This document shows positions 1-10,734 of a stretch of 43,621 nt of DNA, one piece after another (within the stretch, counting starts at the first letter, position 1; each line of letters begins with the position of its first letter). The stretch spans positions 1-43,621 of the forward strand of contig QYQC01000162.1 of NCBI GenBank assembly GCA_007280315.1, in the 5' to 3' direction. The DNA is from Betaproteobacteria bacterium (GTDB lineage Bacteria; Pseudomonadota; Gammaproteobacteria; Burkholderiales; SG8-39). The notes beneath the pieces are model-generated. The model did not search any database. It worked only from the letters and a program-made list of their open reading frames with translations, and had not been told where the DNA came from. The position numbers were made by a program, and so were the translations under genes.

Positions 1-1338
<1,338 letters not shown>

Positions 1339-1390
1339 TCAGACTTGAGCTGAGGCCGCCGGCGCGCGTACGTGAACGGAGGAAAGCAGA

Positions 1391-2266
1391 ATGAAGACGA
1401 TTTCGTTTGGCATCGCGGGCGCGGCGTTGCTGCTGGCGGCGCAACTCGCAGTGGCGGCAACGCCGAACGCGGCGGTCGAGGCGGTGCAGATGCCCGCCTG
1501 GGTGCAGCGAGGCAATGCGAACATTCCGCTCACGCCCGGCATGCAACTGAATGACCGGGATCAGCTGCGCACCGGTGCCAATGCAAAGCTGCTGCTGAAA
1601 ATGCGCGAAGGCTCGCTGGTGCGGCTGGGCGAGAACGGCACGCTGCTCCTTGACCAGATGGCCGAGGGCGGGGACCGGGTTTTCGCCGCGGCATTGAATG
1701 TGCTTCAAGGTGCGTTTCGATTCACCACAGATCTGGTGCAGGTGCGGCGCCGGCGCAACATCAATATCACCATCGCCACTGCGACGGCGGGAATACGCGG
1801 CACCGACCTCTGGGGCAAGGCGACAGAGGACAGGGACATCATCCTGCTGATAGAGGGCAAGATCGAGGTGCAACGCGGGCAGGCGCAGCCGGTACTGATG
1901 GACCAGCCGCTGTCGCTTTACCTTGCGCCCCGTGGCGCGCCGGCGCTGCCGGTGGCTCCGGTCGATCCGAAGCAGCTCGAAATCTGGTCGGCTGAAACCC
2001 AGATCGCGCCAGGAGCGGGCGCGGCGCAGCGTGGCGGTAAATGGAAAGTAATCGCGGCGAGTGTCGACACCCAGGCCGACGCGCTCAAGCTCTATGATGC
2101 GCTGCGTGCCGCTGGCTATGCGGCCGAGATCCGGCCGGCGATGAGGGCGGAGAAGCTGATCTACGACGTGCGCCTCGCGCACCTTCCGTCTCGGGCCGAA
2201 GCCGACGCACTGGCTGCCTCGATCCGCGGCAAGCTCGGCGTGGCCGAGCCGCGTGTATCGAGGTAA
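1391..2266 (+). CDS. secreted FecR-domain protein with C-terminal SPOR-like domain
   Basis: Signal peptide MKTISFGIAGAALLLAAQLAVAA. FecR-like block LLLKMREGSLVRLGENGTLLL. C-terminal WKVIAASVDTQADALKLYDALRAAGYAAEIRP...YDVRLAHLPSRAEADALAASI resembles a SPOR repeat. Confidence 0.7.
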   Translation: MKTISFGIAGAALLLAAQLAVAATPNAAVEAVQMPAWVQRGNANIPLTPGMQLNDRDQLRTGANAKLLLKMREGSLVRLGENGTLLLDQMAEGGDRVFAAALNVLQGAFRFTTDLVQVRRRRNINITIATATAGIRGTDLWGKATEDRDIILLIEGKIEVQRGQAQPVLMDQPLSLYLAPRGAPALPVAPVDPKQLEIWSAETQIAPGAGAAQRGGKWKVIAASVDTQADALKLYDALRAAGYAAEIRPAMRAEKLIYDVRLAHLPSRAEADALAASIRGKLGVAEPRVSR

Positions 2267-2393
2267 GCATTCGCTCCCGGCACGGCGCGCACCTGCGAGC
2301 GCCGCATTGTCATAACGCGCGTGCGCGAAATCACCGGCTGGGCGCAGCCGCCGCTGCGGTAGAATCGCGCTTCGAAAAACTGTCTGCCGCGCG

Positions 2394-4538
2394 ATGTCGC
2401 TACTTGCCAATCTCAATCCGGAACAACTTGCCTCCGTTACGCTGCCGAACCAGTCGGCGCTGATCCTGGCAGGTGCGGGTTCGGGCAAGACGCGCGTGCT
2501 CACTACGCGCATCGCCTGGCTGATCCAGACCGGCAGCGTCAGTCCAGCGGGCATACTCGCCGTCACCTTCACCAACAAGGCGGCGAAGGAAATGCTTACG
2601 CGCATCGCCGCGATGCTGCCGATTTCCACCCGCGGCATGTGGGTCGGCACTTTCCACGGCCTGTGCAACCGCCTGCTGCGTGCGCATCACCGCGACGCAG
2701 GACTGCCGCAGCTATTCCAAATTCTCGACTCGGCCGACCAGTTGTCGCTGGCGAAGCGCGTACTGAAATCGATGAACGTCGACGAAGACCGCTTTCCGCC
2801 GAAGCAGGTGCAGCACTACATCAACGCCAACAAGGAAGAAGGCAGGCGTGCAAGCGAGGCCGAGGCCTACGACGATTTCAGCCGCCGCTACGCCGAGATC
2901 TACGCCGCCTACGACGAACAGTGCCAGCGCGAGGGCGTGGTCGACTTCGCCGAACTGCTGCTACGCAGTTTCGAACTGCTGTCGAAAAACGAAATCCTGC
3001 GCGAGCACTACCGCGCGCGCTTCCAGCATATTCTGGTCGACGAGTTCCAGGACACCAACCGGTTGCAGTACCGCTGGCTGAAACTGCTCACCGGCCCTGC
3101 CAGCGTGATCTTCGCAGTCGGCGACGACGACCAGTCGATCTATGCGTTCCGCGGCGCGAATGTCGGCAACATGGCCGATTTCGAGCGCGACTTCCACGTC
3201 GAGAATGTGATCCGGCTGGAGCAGAACTACCGCTCGCACGGAAATATTCTGGATGCGGCCAACGCGCTGATTTCGAACAACCGCAAACGCCTGGGCAAGA
3301 ACCTGTGGACTGCGGCCGGACACGGCGAGCCGCTGCGTATTTACGAAGCGCAGACCGACGGCTACGAGGCGCACTGGCTGGCCGAGGAAGTGCAGGCGCT
3401 CAACCGCGACGGCCTGGCGCGGCGCGAAATCGGCGTGCTCTACCGCTCCAACGCGCAGTCGCGCATTCTGGAACATGCGCTGTTCTCGGCCGCCATTCCC
3501 TATCGCGTCTACGGCGGCCTGCGCTTTTTCGAACGCATGGAAGTCAAGCACGCGCTCGCCTATTTGCGCCTCATCGCCAGCTCCGAGGACGACAGCGCGT
3601 TTCTGCGCGTGGTCAACTTTCCCGCGCGCGGCATCGGCGCGCGTTCGCTCGAAGCGCTGCAGGATGCGGCCAAAGCCGGCGGCACCAGCCTGTATAACGC
3701 GGTACCAAAGCTCGCCGGCAAGGCGGGCAACGCGCTCGGCGCATTCGTATCGATGATCGCGGCGCTGCGCCACGAGACCGAAGGGCTCGCGCTGCCCGAG
3801 GTGGTGGAACACATGCTGGCCAAGTCCGGGCTGCTCGCCTATTTTCAGGCGGAGAAGGACGGCGCCGACCGGCTGGAGAACCTGCAGGAATTGATCAACG
3901 CGGCGGCGCTGTTCGTGCAGGAGCAGGAAGAGCAGCAGGATCTGGCCGCGTTCCTCGCGCACGCCGCGCTGGAGGCGGGTGAACACCAGGCGGGAGAGGG
4001 CTCGGATGCGCTGCAACTGATGACCGTGCATTCGGCCAAGGGGCTGGAATTCCAGGCGGTGTTCGTCACCGGCCTGGAAGAGGGCCTGTTCCCGCACGAG
4101 CAGAGCCGCAACGAGGACGACGGGCTGGAAGAGGAACGGCGGCTGATGTACGTCGCGATCACACGCGCGCGCGCGCGCCTGTACCTGTCGTTTGCGCAGA
4201 ACCGAATGCTGCACGGGCAGACGCGCTACAACGTGGCGTCGCGCTTCCTGGACGAGATTCCGGCGGGCCTGGTGAAGTGGCTGACGCCGCGCCTGGGCAG
4301 CCAGCCCATGCCCGAGCCGGTGCTCGCTTCGGCGCGCGACGCGGCGATTCCGCGGCCGTTGCCGCGCGCGACGCAGATGGGTTGGCGCATCGGCCAGAAC
4401 GTGGTCCATGCCAAATTCGGCCAGGGCGTGATCGTCGATGCCGAAGGCCAGGGAACGGATGCGCGGGTGCAGATCAATTTCGGCCGCCAGGGGATGAAGT
4501 GGTTGACGCTTGAATACGCCAAGCTCAGCGCCGCCTGA
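2394..4538 (+). CDS. uvrD: ATP-dependent DNA helicase II (UvrD family)
   Basis: 714 aa. Walker A AGAGSGKT, FTNKAAKEM, DEFQDTN, YRS, TVHSAKGLEF and the VAITRAR motifs are present, and the N-terminus is collinear with E. coli UvrD. Confidence 0.9.
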   Translation: MSLLANLNPEQLASVTLPNQSALILAGAGSGKTRVLTTRIAWLIQTGSVSPAGILAVTFTNKAAKEMLTRIAAMLPISTRGMWVGTFHGLCNRLLRAHHRDAGLPQLFQILDSADQLSLAKRVLKSMNVDEDRFPPKQVQHYINANKEEGRRASEAEAYDDFSRRYAEIYAAYDEQCQREGVVDFAELLLRSFELLSKNEILREHYRARFQHILVDEFQDTNRLQYRWLKLLTGPASVIFAVGDDDQSIYAFRGANVGNMADFERDFHVENVIRLEQNYRSHGNILDAANALISNNRKRLGKNLWTAAGHGEPLRIYEAQTDGYEAHWLAEEVQALNRDGLARREIGVLYRSNAQSRILEHALFSAAIPYRVYGGLRFFERMEVKHALAYLRLIASSEDDSAFLRVVNFPARGIGARSLEALQDAAKAGGTSLYNAVPKLAGKAGNALGAFVSMIAALRHETEGLALPEVVEHMLAKSGLLAYFQAEKDGADRLENLQELINAAALFVQEQEEQQDLAAFLAHAALEAGEHQAGEGSDALQLMTVHSAKGLEFQAVFVTGLEEGLFPHEQSRNEDDGLEEERRLMYVAITRARARLYLSFAQNRMLHGQTRYNVASRFLDEIPAGLVKWLTPRLGSQPMPEPVLASARDAAIPRPLPRATQMGWRIGQNVVHAKFGQGVIVDAEGQGTDARVQINFGRQGMKWLTLEYAKLSAA

Positions 4539-4547
4539 TCGGGCGTC

Positions 4548-5657
4548 ATGACGCCGGGCGCGCGCTACATTCCCCAGCTCGACGGACTGCGCGGCGTCGC
4601 GATCTTCGGCGTGCTGCTGTTTCATGCCGAATTATTCAGTCTGGGTTGGACCGGCATCGTACTGTTCTTTGTTCTGTCCGGTTTCCTGATCACCGGCATC
4701 CTGCTAGATGGCAAGGAGCGCGCCGGCTATTTTGGCCGTTTCTATGCGCGCCGGGCGCTGCGCATTTTTCCCGCCTATTACTTCGTCCTCGGCCTGACCT
4801 GGTGGATGAAGCGCGAGTTTACGCTGAGCGCCCCGGATCCGCAGATTGTTTCGGCGGTGCCCGAATGGATCTACTTCGTGCTCTATGTGCAGAACTACTG
4901 GATGGCCGCACAGTGGTTCCAGACACCGCTTTCCCATCTCATGGGATTCAGCTGGACGCTAGCGGTGGAAGAGCAGTTCTACCTGATCTGGCCGCTGCTG
5001 GTCTACTTCCTGGGCCCGCGGACCCTGCTCCTGCTTTGCGCGGCACTGGTCGCGGCGGCGCCGTTGCTGCGGATCGGGATTGTCTGGGCATCGGACAATA
5101 CCCTGCTTGCGTTTTCCTCGCTGCCCGCTCACCTGGACGGCCTTGCCATTGGCGCGGCGATTTGCCTGGTGTCGCGCGACGCGCGGCTGCGCATCTGGCT
5201 CACCCGGCGCAGCGGCGGCGTGCTGTTTGTCGCCGCCGGCATTCCACTCGCGTTGCTGGTAGGTGCAACCGGGGTCGCGGCGTATGCCGCGACCAATCAA
5301 TGGATGCCGCTTCCCGGCAACATGTGGTTTCTGACGCTGGCTTCACTGGTGTTCGGCGCGGTGCTGATTCTGGTGCTGAGCGGGGCTACGCGCCTGTCTG
5401 AGGCGATGAATTGGCGGCCGCTGCGCCTGCTTGGAAAAATAAGCTATGGCGTCTACCTTTATCATACGCTGGCGTATTTCATCGTCGCCACCGTGTACAA
5501 CGTGTCGGTGTTTCTGCCACTTCCCGGGAGTCCCATGAGTGGCTGGGAGATTGTCGCCATTAGAGCCACGCAGATAGTCGTGAGCATTGCGATGGCCGCC
5601 GCCTCCTACCGCTATCTCGAGCGCCCGCTGCTGCAGCTCAAAGAGCGTTTTCGCTAG
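4548..5657 (+). CDS. acyltransferase family 3 (OafA/YrhL-like) integral membrane protein
   Basis: IPQLDGLRGVAIFGVLLFHA start, FFVLSGFLITGILL, and about 10 predicted TM helices. Confidence 0.85.
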   Translation: MTPGARYIPQLDGLRGVAIFGVLLFHAELFSLGWTGIVLFFVLSGFLITGILLDGKERAGYFGRFYARRALRIFPAYYFVLGLTWWMKREFTLSAPDPQIVSAVPEWIYFVLYVQNYWMAAQWFQTPLSHLMGFSWTLAVEEQFYLIWPLLVYFLGPRTLLLLCAALVAAAPLLRIGIVWASDNTLLAFSSLPAHLDGLAIGAAICLVSRDARLRIWLTRRSGGVLFVAAGIPLALLVGATGVAAYAATNQWMPLPGNMWFLTLASLVFGAVLILVLSGATRLSEAMNWRPLRLLGKISYGVYLYHTLAYFIVATVYNVSVFLPLPGSPMSGWEIVAIRATQIVVSIAMAAASYRYLERPLLQLKERFR

Positions 5658-5663
5658 ACCGGT

Positions 5664-5921
5664 TCAGCCCGCTTCGCCGGCATCGAACAGGCCCAGCTGG
5701 CGCGCGCCGAACTCGAGCGTCCGCTCGACTTCGCGTTTCGCTTCGGCCAGCGTCTTCGCCTCGCCCGCGCGGTTGCCCGCCTGCCAGCGGTAGCGGCAAT
5801 TCATTCCTTTGCCTTCGAGCGCTACCCAGCCGACTTTTTTCTTCTTCTGCCAGTAGCCGTGGGTATCGTAGCCTCGCTCCCAGAATGGTTTGGTGTTCTT
5901 CGTGGGTTTTCTCGTCATCAT
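5664..5921 (-). CDS. small basic hypothetical protein (85 aa)
   Basis: Internal start MMTRKPTKNTKPFWERGYDTHGYWQKKKKVGW... chosen because the longer ORF (to 6104) overlaps the YqaA-like gene. No family recognised. Confidence 0.4.
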   Translation of the reverse strand: MMTRKPTKNTKPFWERGYDTHGYWQKKKKVGWVALEGKGMNCRYRWQAGNRAGEAKTLAEAKREVERTLEFGARQLGLFDAGEAG

Positions 5922-5931
5922 GGTTATAAGC

Positions 5932-6333
5932 TTACCAAAGTGCTCCCTGCGCCACCAGCCAGTAGCGGGCAAAGCGTCCGGCGGCCGACCATAACGAGAC
6001 TGCGACCCAATTGAGCTTGACCCAGCCCGCGGCGAGGCACAGCGCATCGCCGACGAACGGCAGCCAGGCCAGCGCCAGCAGCGGGCTGCCGTAGCGTTTG
6101 ACACGCTCGAGCTGGGTCAGCGGTTTTTTCGAGCCGATGTAGCGCCCGATCAAGTAGGTGGTAAGGCCGCCCAGGGTGTTGCCCAGCGTGGCCACGCCGA
6201 TCGCGGGCCAGACGAGGTCGGCATGCAGCTTGAGCACGGCGAACAGCGCCGCTTCGGAGCTGATCGGGACCAGGGTCGAGGCGATAAAACTCGCGACGAA
6301 AAGCGAAGCGAGGCTGGCCCAGGCGTCGATCAA
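5932..6333 (-). CDS. YqaA/DedA-like small membrane protein
   Basis: 133 aa with 4 TM. LVPISSEAALFAVL...TLGNTLGGLTTYLIGRY...GSPLLALAWLPFVGDALCLAAGW is typical of the YqaA family. Confidence 0.8.
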   Translation of the reverse strand: MIDAWASLASLFVASFIASTLVPISSEAALFAVLKLHADLVWPAIGVATLGNTLGGLTTYLIGRYIGSKKPLTQLERVKRYGSPLLALAWLPFVGDALCLAAGWVKLNWVAVSLWSAAGRFARYWLVAQGALW

Positions 6334-6431
6334 ACAGCGGCCTTGCGCTCAGCGCGCGCGCATGCGTCTTGCTCCTGCAAAGCACATCCTGCTACCCTTG
6401 CACGCTTGTATTCAACTGAATCAGAACCGCC

Positions 6432-7943
6432 ATGCATCCGGACTACCTCGAAAAAATCCTCAAAGCGCGCGTCTACGACGTGGCCATCGAATCGCCGCTG
6501 GAGACAGCGCCCATCCTGTCCGCGCGCCTGCACAACAATCTCCTGCTCAAGCGCGAGGACGTGCAGGAGGTATTCTCGTTCAAACTGCGCGGCGCGTACA
6601 ACAAAATGGCGCAACTGCCCGCGGCAAGCCTGAAGCGCGGAGTCATTGCCGCTTCGGCCGGCAACCATGCGCAGGGTGTGGCGCTGGCGGCGCAGCGCCT
6701 GGGCTGCAAGGCGGTGATCGTGATGCCGGTAACGACGCCGCGGATCAAGGTGAACGCAGTGCTGGCGCGCGGGGCCGAAGTGCTGCTCTGCGGCGATTCC
6801 TATGACGAGGCCTACACGGAGGCGCTCAAGCTGGAACGCTCGCGCAGACTCACCTTCGTGCATCCCTATGATGATCCGGACGTAATCGCCGGCCAGGGCA
6901 CCATCGGCATGGAAATCCTGCGCCAGGCGAAGACCCCGATCGATGCTATTTTCGTCGCCATCGGCGGCGGCGGGCTGATCTCGGGCATCGCGGCGTATGT
7001 GAAGCGGCTGCGCCCGGAGATCCGCATCATCGGCGTGCAGCCGGTGGATTCGGACGCGATGGCGCGTTCGCTCAAGGCCGGCCGGCGCATCAAACTCGCG
7101 CACGTAGGGCTGTTCGCCGACGGCGTGGCGGTGAAACAGGTGGGCAAGGAAACCTTTCGCCTGTGCCGGCAATTCGTCGACGAGGTCATACTCGTCGACA
7201 CCGACGAAACCTGCGCCGCGATCAAGGACGTGTTCGAGGAGACGCGTACCATCCTCGAGCCGGCCGGCGCGCTGGCGATCGCCGGCGCCAAGGCCTACGT
7301 CGAGAAGACGGGCGTGCGCGGCCAGACCCTGGTGGCGGTGGCCTGCGGCGCCAACACCAATTTCGACCGCCTGCGCTTCGTTGCCGAGCGCGCCGAGGTG
7401 GGCGAGCATCGCGAGGCGATACTCGCGGTGACCATTCCGGAGCGTCCCGGCAGCTACAAGAAATTTTGCGCCACGCTGGGCGCGCGTAACGTGACCGAAT
7501 TCAATTATCGCATCGCCGGGTCGAAGGAAGCGCATGTGTTCGTCGGTGTCGAGGTACACGATCGCGACGAGACCGCGCGCCTGATCCGCACGCTGCAGCG
7601 CCACGGTCTGAAGACCATCGACCTGTCGGACAACGAGATGGCCAAGCTGCACGTGCGTCATCTTGTCGGCGGGCATGCGGCGCTGGCGAAGAACGAGCTG
7701 CTGTACCGCTTCGAGTTTCCCGAACGCCCGGGGGCGCTGATGCGTTTTCTTGACAGCATGCGTCCGGACTGGAACATCAGCCTGTTTCACTACCGTAATC
7801 ACGGCGCCGACTACGGCCGCGTGCTGGTCGGCATGCAGGTGCCGCCCGGGGAAATGCCGCAGTTCCGCCGTTTCCTGCGCGATCTGGGCTATCCGTTCTG
7901 GGACGAAAGCAAGAATCCGGCGTATGCGCTGTTTCTCGGATAA
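6432..7943 (+). CDS. ilvA: biosynthetic threonine ammonia-lyase (threonine dehydratase)
   Basis: 503 aa. PLP-lysine motif FSFKLRGAYNK, GNHAQGVA, GGGGL, and two C-terminal ACT-like regulatory repeats. Confidence 0.93.
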   Translation: MHPDYLEKILKARVYDVAIESPLETAPILSARLHNNLLLKREDVQEVFSFKLRGAYNKMAQLPAASLKRGVIAASAGNHAQGVALAAQRLGCKAVIVMPVTTPRIKVNAVLARGAEVLLCGDSYDEAYTEALKLERSRRLTFVHPYDDPDVIAGQGTIGMEILRQAKTPIDAIFVAIGGGGLISGIAAYVKRLRPEIRIIGVQPVDSDAMARSLKAGRRIKLAHVGLFADGVAVKQVGKETFRLCRQFVDEVILVDTDETCAAIKDVFEETRTILEPAGALAIAGAKAYVEKTGVRGQTLVAVACGANTNFDRLRFVAERAEVGEHREAILAVTIPERPGSYKKFCATLGARNVTEFNYRIAGSKEAHVFVGVEVHDRDETARLIRTLQRHGLKTIDLSDNEMAKLHVRHLVGGHAALAKNELLYRFEFPERPGALMRFLDSMRPDWNISLFHYRNHGADYGRVLVGMQVPPGEMPQFRRFLRDLGYPFWDESKNPAYALFLG

Positions 7944-8009
7944 TCGCGGAAGCGCGTTGTTACGCCGGCGCGTTTGTCGCATCAACAGGATCAACCGGGG
8001 CAGACATCG

Positions 8010-8900
8010 ATGAACCGTTGGCTGAAACGAGGCGTTTTGGCAGTGCTGATCCTGGCGCTTGGGATTGGCGCCCTCATCGCCGCCGGATTGATCCTGGGCG
8101 AGCAGCGCATTGCCCGCCGCATCGACATTGTTGTAGCGCCGGTTCCGCTGCGCGACGATGCCGCTGCGGTCGAGCGCGGCCGCTATTTGTATCAGTCGCG
8201 CGGATGCATAGACTGCCACGGCGCCAACGGTGGCGGCGCGACGCTGGCCGAAGACGACGCCAAGGGACTCAAACTGGCGGGGCCCAACCTCACCGCTGGT
8301 AATCCACGTATGGCCTCCTACCAGCCGGTGGACTGGGTGCGCAGCGTTCGCCACGGCGTGGGCACCGACGGCCGCGCGCTGCGCCTGATGCCGAGCGAGG
8401 ACTACAACCGTTTGACCGATGATGACCTGGCCAGCATCGTGGCCTATGTGCGCCAGCTGGCGGCGCAGCCCGGGCGCGAGCAGGGCGTCATCCGGCTGCC
8501 GCTTCCGGGCCGCGTGATGTACGGTCTGGGCCGCATTCCCGAAGCCGTGACCAAGATCGACCATAGCCTGCCTCCGGCGAAGCCGGTGGCCGAGGGCGTG
8601 AGCATCGAGCACGGCCGCTATGTCGCGCAAATGTGCGCCGGCTGCCACGGCGCGCGCCTGCAGGGCGGAAACATCGCGGGCGCCCCGCCCGACTGGCCAC
8701 CAGCGGCGCGCCTGGCGCCCGGCGAAGGCAGCGCCATGCCGCGCTACAAGGACGCCGATGCTTTCGTGGCGATGATGCGCAGCGGCAAACGCGCGGACGG
8801 CAGCGCCATAGCCGTGATGCCTTTTGCGTCGTTGAAGACCATGAGCGATACCGACCTGCGCGCCCTGCACCTGTACCTGGCGCAGCTCGCTGCGTCGTAA
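8010..8900 (+). CDS. membrane-anchored dihaem c-type cytochrome
   Basis: Two CxxCH motifs (CIDCH, CAGCH). N-terminal TM VLAVLILALGIGALIAAGLIL. Start placed at MNRWLKRG; the ORF is open from 7974. Confidence 0.8.
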   Translation: MNRWLKRGVLAVLILALGIGALIAAGLILGEQRIARRIDIVVAPVPLRDDAAAVERGRYLYQSRGCIDCHGANGGGATLAEDDAKGLKLAGPNLTAGNPRMASYQPVDWVRSVRHGVGTDGRALRLMPSEDYNRLTDDDLASIVAYVRQLAAQPGREQGVIRLPLPGRVMYGLGRIPEAVTKIDHSLPPAKPVAEGVSIEHGRYVAQMCAGCHGARLQGGNIAGAPPDWPPAARLAPGEGSAMPRYKDADAFVAMMRSGKRADGSAIAVMPFASLKTMSDTDLRALHLYLAQLAAS

Positions 8901-8950
8901 ATGCAGCCAGGGTCGGGACGAAATGACCTTAACCGGACAAGTGGCGTGAG

Positions 8951-9511
8951 ATGAGTGCGGCGAACGAAATGCGTCGACGCTTTGCGCAGGTGATGCTTGC
9001 GATCGGCGCGCTATTGCTGCTGTTCGGCGTCTTCGCCAAATCGGGATGGGGACACTTTGCGCTGTTCATGGGGGGAGGGCTTTTTACGGTCGGGGGAATC
9101 ATGTTCGCGTCAGTATCGGTGATAGACGGGGTTCCGTGGCTGGTGCGCTTGCTTTCGCGTCTTTCAGATCCCAAATGGGACGGCGAAATGCTCCACACCG
9201 ACGGCGACGAATACAAGATCCGCTATGACTTTGGCGAGGACGGAAATCCGAGGTTCGTCGCCAGCGACATCTGCGCCGCCGTGGGTACGTCCGCGCCCGC
9301 CAAGGATGCATTGGAATGGCGTGGTGTTGCCCTGTCGAGAGAGGGCAAGCACGCGTATTTCGGCGAAGCCGATGTTCAGACCTATCTGGAACTCCGGGCC
9401 GTCAGGAATCACGCCGCCAAGCGCTTGCTGGTTCTCATACGGACCGACGTGTTGTTCAAGCTGGAAAAACGACGTGATGACGCGAGGCGCTTCGATCAGG
9501 GGCAGCGCTGA
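8951..9511 (+). CDS. hypothetical 2-TM protein with BRO-N/KilA-N-like C-terminal domain
   Basis: Two TM helices at roughly residues 14-60, then KIRYDFGEDGNPRFVASDICAAVG...RLLVLIRTDVLFKLEKRR, which resembles the phage BRO-N DNA-binding domain pattern (weak, from memory). Confidence 0.5.
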   Translation: MSAANEMRRRFAQVMLAIGALLLLFGVFAKSGWGHFALFMGGGLFTVGGIMFASVSVIDGVPWLVRLLSRLSDPKWDGEMLHTDGDEYKIRYDFGEDGNPRFVASDICAAVGTSAPAKDALEWRGVALSREGKHAYFGEADVQTYLELRAVRNHAAKRLLVLIRTDVLFKLEKRRDDARRFDQGQR

Positions 9512-9553
9512 CCATTTACCGGTTTGCTGTGGGCGGATTCTGAGACCGCACGC

Positions 9554-10228
9554 TCATTCGATCGAGGCTATGTTGTCGCGCAGATAGATCGAGTCGCCCC
9601 GAACCTCAATAAAGCCCCCCGCCTCCAGATCCTTCATCACGCGGGTCACCATTTCCCGCGATGCGCCGATCATTCCGGCCATATCCGTCTTGACGATCTT
9701 CTGCGTGATGACATGTCGCCCGTCAATGGTCTTGGACATCTCCAGCAGCAGCGCCGCTACCCGGCCATACACGTCCATCAGCGCCAGTCTGCCGATCTTC
9801 CGGTCTGCCTCGCGCAAGCGCTGGACCGCGCAGCGCAGCATTGTCATCGCCATCTCGAAGTTATCCGAAAGGCATTTCCTGAAATCGTGCTTCGACAGCA
9901 TCAGAAGCTCGCAGGATTCCAGGGCAATGACGCTCGCAGATCTCGTGCTGTCCTCGATTGGCACCATTTCACCGAAGTACTCGCCGGGACCCAACAGGGT
10001 CAGGATTACTTCACGACCCGTCTTGTCGCCAATGATGACCTTGAGTTTGCCGGTGATCACGATGTAAAGAGAATCGGTTGAGTCGCCGACCGTGACGACG
10101 GCTTCTCCACGCGCGAAACTCCTGCGGCCCAACACCGTCGTCAGCGCGTCCAGCTGGTCCTCCGGCAGCATCGCGAAAAGCGGAACATTTCGCAGCAGCA
10201 GCTTGGACACTTTGGTCTTGTTTTCCAT
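9554..10228 (-). CDS. Crp/Fnr-family transcriptional regulator (cNMP-binding plus HTH)
   Basis: 224 aa. Nucleotide-binding block LYIVITGKLKVII...GPGEYFGEM and C-terminal HTH MAGMIGASREMVTRVMKDLEAGGFI. No FNR-type N-terminal Cys cluster. Confidence 0.88.
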   Translation of the reverse strand: MENKTKVSKLLLRNVPLFAMLPEDQLDALTTVLGRRSFARGEAVVTVGDSTDSLYIVITGKLKVIIGDKTGREVILTLLGPGEYFGEMVPIEDSTRSASVIALESCELLMLSKHDFRKCLSDNFEMAMTMLRCAVQRLREADRKIGRLALMDVYGRVAALLLEMSKTIDGRHVITQKIVKTDMAGMIGASREMVTRVMKDLEAGGFIEVRGDSIYLRDNIASIE

Positions 10229-10734
10229 CGACCTGCTCCCTATTAGTTACCCTTGCACCAGCAATTCCCGTGGCGCGCGCAGCGCCAGCGGCGGCACGAT
10301 TCGCGTTGCATACGACTTATGCGGTCCGCGTCTCTGGGTCTGCGCGGGAACTGCCGCGCGTCGATTCGATGACATCCCTGGATCTCCCACCCGGGCTGGG
10401 TAACCACGAAGATACGCTCGCGGTTTGCCGAGGTCTGTACGACAGCGAACAGAGACCGATATCGAAGAATCAGGTGCAACGACGGGCTGCGCGTCAACCG
10501 ATTGCACAGAAATCTGCAGAGAGGCCACACCACCTGTTATGCGTTGCGTTTTTGGGGCCAGGCGATGTTGATACTATTGCAGGCACATCCCTGAAGCCAC
10601 TGAACATGAGTTGCTTCCCGCTACTTCCTGAAAGCTGTCTTTCAAGGGTAGACTGACCGCCAGCTGGCATCGACGCGGCGATCCGCCCGTCGATTCCGGT
10701 GTTTTCCGCTAATTTTGAATAGAGGCAAAACCGC

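Noticed and set aside
2267-2393. SOS (LexA) box upstream of uvrD
   Set aside because: A TAGAAT -10-like element is present near 2359-2364, but there is no CTGT-N8-ACAG motif. Only an isolated ctgt occurs near 2381.
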